DNA from: the human T2T-CHM13v2.0 reference genome, Homo sapiens
Length of the DNA: 64,000 bases
Assembly (NCBI RefSeq): GCF_009914755.1
Contig: NC_060945.1
Direction: 5' to 3' (one strand)
A model generated the notes under the pieces. That model made no database searches. It was not told where the DNA came from and saw only the letters and a list, made by a program, of their open reading frames with translations. This document shows positions 60,060-64,000 of this stretch, one piece after another. The translations under genes and the position numbers were made by a program. Every line of letters starts with the position of its first letter. The stretch's first letter is position 1.

Positions 60060-61188
60060 GAAACCTTGACGCGCTTGCAAAGTGTCCAGTGGTTGTTTCT
60101 GGTTCCCCAACTCCACAGTAAGTGGATAAACCCAGTGCAATGGTATTTTTTCCTCCCCTGTTGGGTCCATAAAGGACAAACAGAGTCAACGGAAGCCTGT
60201 TTTACGTGGAAGTGTTTTGGTAAAATAGATAAAACCACAAGAGTATCATGGAGGGAGATTCAGCAAAGTATACTGTATCTTGGGTGACACTCAAATCTGT
60301 GTAGAAAAATACTCGATTTCCTGGACTGCTGAATTTAGTCTAGCCCGTTTCTATCAAATTTTATGTTTGTTAAAATGTTAAGGAGAGGTTTGAGAATCAA
60401 TTAAAACAATAACATATACCAAAGGGGGCTATTATTTGGCACAAGAAAAAAGGAAGAGCAAGGACGACGCCATTCTAGATGATGTAATTTTTTAAAAACT
60501 GAGAATTAAGATACTATAGAAGTATGTTCAGCTCAAAGTTTAAAATCAGACCCTCTCTGTTAATATGTTGCTTTACCTCTAAGGTCAGGCCAGTAACTGA
60601 AGACGTTTTTCTCCCCCTGTCACTGTTAGAGCTGTGTGTGGCATTTACTGTCTGCAGGTTGGGCAGGGTACTTACCCCTACAACGTGGGCAGTGGCTGTT
60701 CTTGTTTTACTATATTTGTTATACCTCTCCCCGTTCGCAGAAGAGAGGAGGTCCTTAACTCTGCTGAATGAGTATGTTAAAATTCCTCTTTTGTAAAACC
60801 ATGGTAAGATGAAGAGAATAAATAGAAAGTCATCAGAATGAAGAGGCATGTTTTCCAGAGAAAAGTTTGGATGTACCATAGAGAAGATATTCCTTCAAAG
60901 GGATATTTCCTAGAATGGGCTGCTCATTCATCTCTGGGAGAATACTGCAGGCCCATTCCCCCTTGTTGAGTGTTGCCAAGTGACATTCCTCCCTTATGCA
61001 GCTTTTCCCCCTACACACCCCATCTGGCATGGATCTGAGCCTACACAGCAATGCCCCTGAAGCCAAGGAAGAAAAAGTACCAGCGAGGATGTAGTGTCAG
61101 CAGTAAGACATGAGGTCTCGAGATGGAGCTAGATATGTCATGACTAGACCACACTGGCTGATAACAATTCAGACTAAAAGATCTGTCA

Positions 61189-61794
<606 letters not shown>

Positions 61795-61918
61795 TCAGTA
61801 TAATCAGGTCCCCTGTGGTCCCTTCGGATAGCCCCACTTCATGAAGTGATTGACTCTTTTCAGTCTGGGAGTGAGGTGGAATGACTACCAGTGGCTAATC
61901 CCAAGGCAGCTGGAATAG

Positions 61919-62247
<329 letters not shown>

Positions 62248-64000
62248 TGTGCCCCGATTCTTACGTTTCCATTTATGGAAGAGACTGTGCGCCACTGTGA
62301 ATCCCTCCCATCTACCACCCTGTGGCTCAGAGCTGCCTGAGTTCCCCTGCATCCAAACCCTCAGCTTACTCCAATGACAGACCTAGGCATCTCCCCTTAG
62401 CACACTCCCACCAACAAGCTCTGACCAAGGCCAGTACTCAGAGGACTCTGCTCAAATGGATGCTCAGCTTCACTGTCCTTCTGGGAGCAAATCACAGATA
62501 TTTTCCTTATCCTCTCCTCTTTCCTTTGCTGTGCACTGTTGTCAACAAATGAGGTCACCTGGCTTTAACTGGTAACTGTGTAATTAGCCTCCAACTTGTA
62601 AGTTAAAAACCATGGTTAAAGATTAGCACCAATAATGAGAGATTTCATTCACTCTGTAAATCTGTGTGCCAGGAGACAGCCTATCTGCAGCAGTACGCCA
62701 TTTGAACTTGGGCATCATTTTTGCTCCCCATCACCTCGAAACTGAGAACTCAAAGAATGCCCAGGTTAAAAAAAATTATCTTGCTTAGGAGATCAAGCAC
62801 AAAGCTGCTATGTTTCTGATTGTAGAAAAAAGCCACAATGCTGCTTGATTGTTGGAATATTATACTTTTATTTCTTCCAGGAGGCACATCTACCATCACA
62901 CTGGCTGTCAACAATCATTTGCATGCATCAAGGGCAGGGGAACACCTGGCAATTTGATAGGTTTATCTCCTCTTCAAACTCCAAAGCCTAACGCTTAAGA
63001 GTGCCCTGCTAGAGATGCGAGGCTCCAAGGCTGGTGCACAATCCAGACCTCTAACTCTCCTGTCTTTTCTTGGCTTCTGTTTTGCTACTTGATAATCCTA
63101 TTACCTTTTGCCACTGAGAGGACAGCTACATTTTGCCATTCCTGCCATGGGGCAGCTTGGCCCTCAGACCTTAGAGGGCTTAGGAGCTACAGAAGAAGGG
63201 ATTATCTTGACAAAAGGGCATCCAAGGAGTATGGATTGGATCTTTAATCTCCAGCCCCTTGAAAGCTAGATGCGAAAATCTGAGTACTCATGTCTATGGA
63301 TAAAGGAGGAGCACCAAGTAAGGGTAGCCTTCCTCTCCAGCAGGCTCACCAATCTCTTCCTCATGGCTAAGCTACAGCAGTGGCATGGGCCACCATGTGA
63401 AGGCCAGCCCTACCACGACACTGTGCAGACAGGGCCTCTGCACAGACACAATATTATTTCCCTTAAAGCAGAGCCAGGGAGGGTTTGAGCCCATGGTGCT
63501 TGTTCTGGAAGGAATGATAAGACAATGAAGTCAGAATTTCCATTTTCCAACTGGGCAGGAACATCTGTCACTTGCTGGGATGAAGACACACATACATACA
63601 ACCACTGAATATTCATTCTCTTCCCAGACTGCCTGGATTACACAGCAGCAGGAAATGATCTGAGGTCTTCATGTGACTCTCGGTACGCTGCACCTTCCTG
63701 AGACCTGGACCCCTGCACTGCATGGTGGCATGGCTTCAACTGGCTGCTGCCTATGACACACGCTGAAAAGAGCTGAGCCCAAATAGCCTGACCAGCCTTG
63801 TTCTAAAATAGCTTTGAGGAGAACGTTTGACACTCTTTGGCTAACCTCCATACCCCCTGACCCTTTTCTCCCTGAACTTGATTCATTGGAACCATTTAGT
63901 CCTTCACTGTATCCAGAGTAATTTAGAGCTCAGCTATCCGCCTGCAGGGACAAGATTCTATTTGGGTGACCTTAGTTTCTAGGTCTCCTCCTATTGCCCC

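Overview
Human (primate) genomic DNA, roughly half interspersed repeats. The only protein-coding sequence is the last exon of APP on the minus strand. It has coding part 59742-59843 ([33 protein letters not shown]), a ~1.1-kb 3'UTR with two poly(A) signal clusters, and the start of the preceding intron (59844 to window end). This places the window at chr21q21.3. Bases 1-58.6 kb are intergenic DNA downstream of APP (towards GABPA, from established gene order). They contain ~30 Alus, many ERV/MaLR LTRs (MER41 x2, LTR8 x2, MER4, LTR1/28-type, a two-LTR THE1, MLT1s), L1/L2/MIR fragments and DNA transposons (MER20, MER33, MER44, MER1, MADE1). I see no new gene system. The most unusual items are molecular fossils. 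(1) An 18S rRNA fragment fused at an 8-nt shared sequence to HERV-H env plus a complete 3' LTR, with an apparently circularly permuted rRNA piece. (2) Two local inverted duplications, one of them multi-step. (3) A head-to-head AluY pair just past the APP poly(A) site whose spacer carries an inverted target-site duplication, with an adjacent apparent deletion. (4) A fold-back L1 mini-insertion. (5) Short templated insertions. Repeat family names come from recalled consensus sequences, not a RepeatMasker run, so subfamily calls and boundaries of old repeats are approximate.
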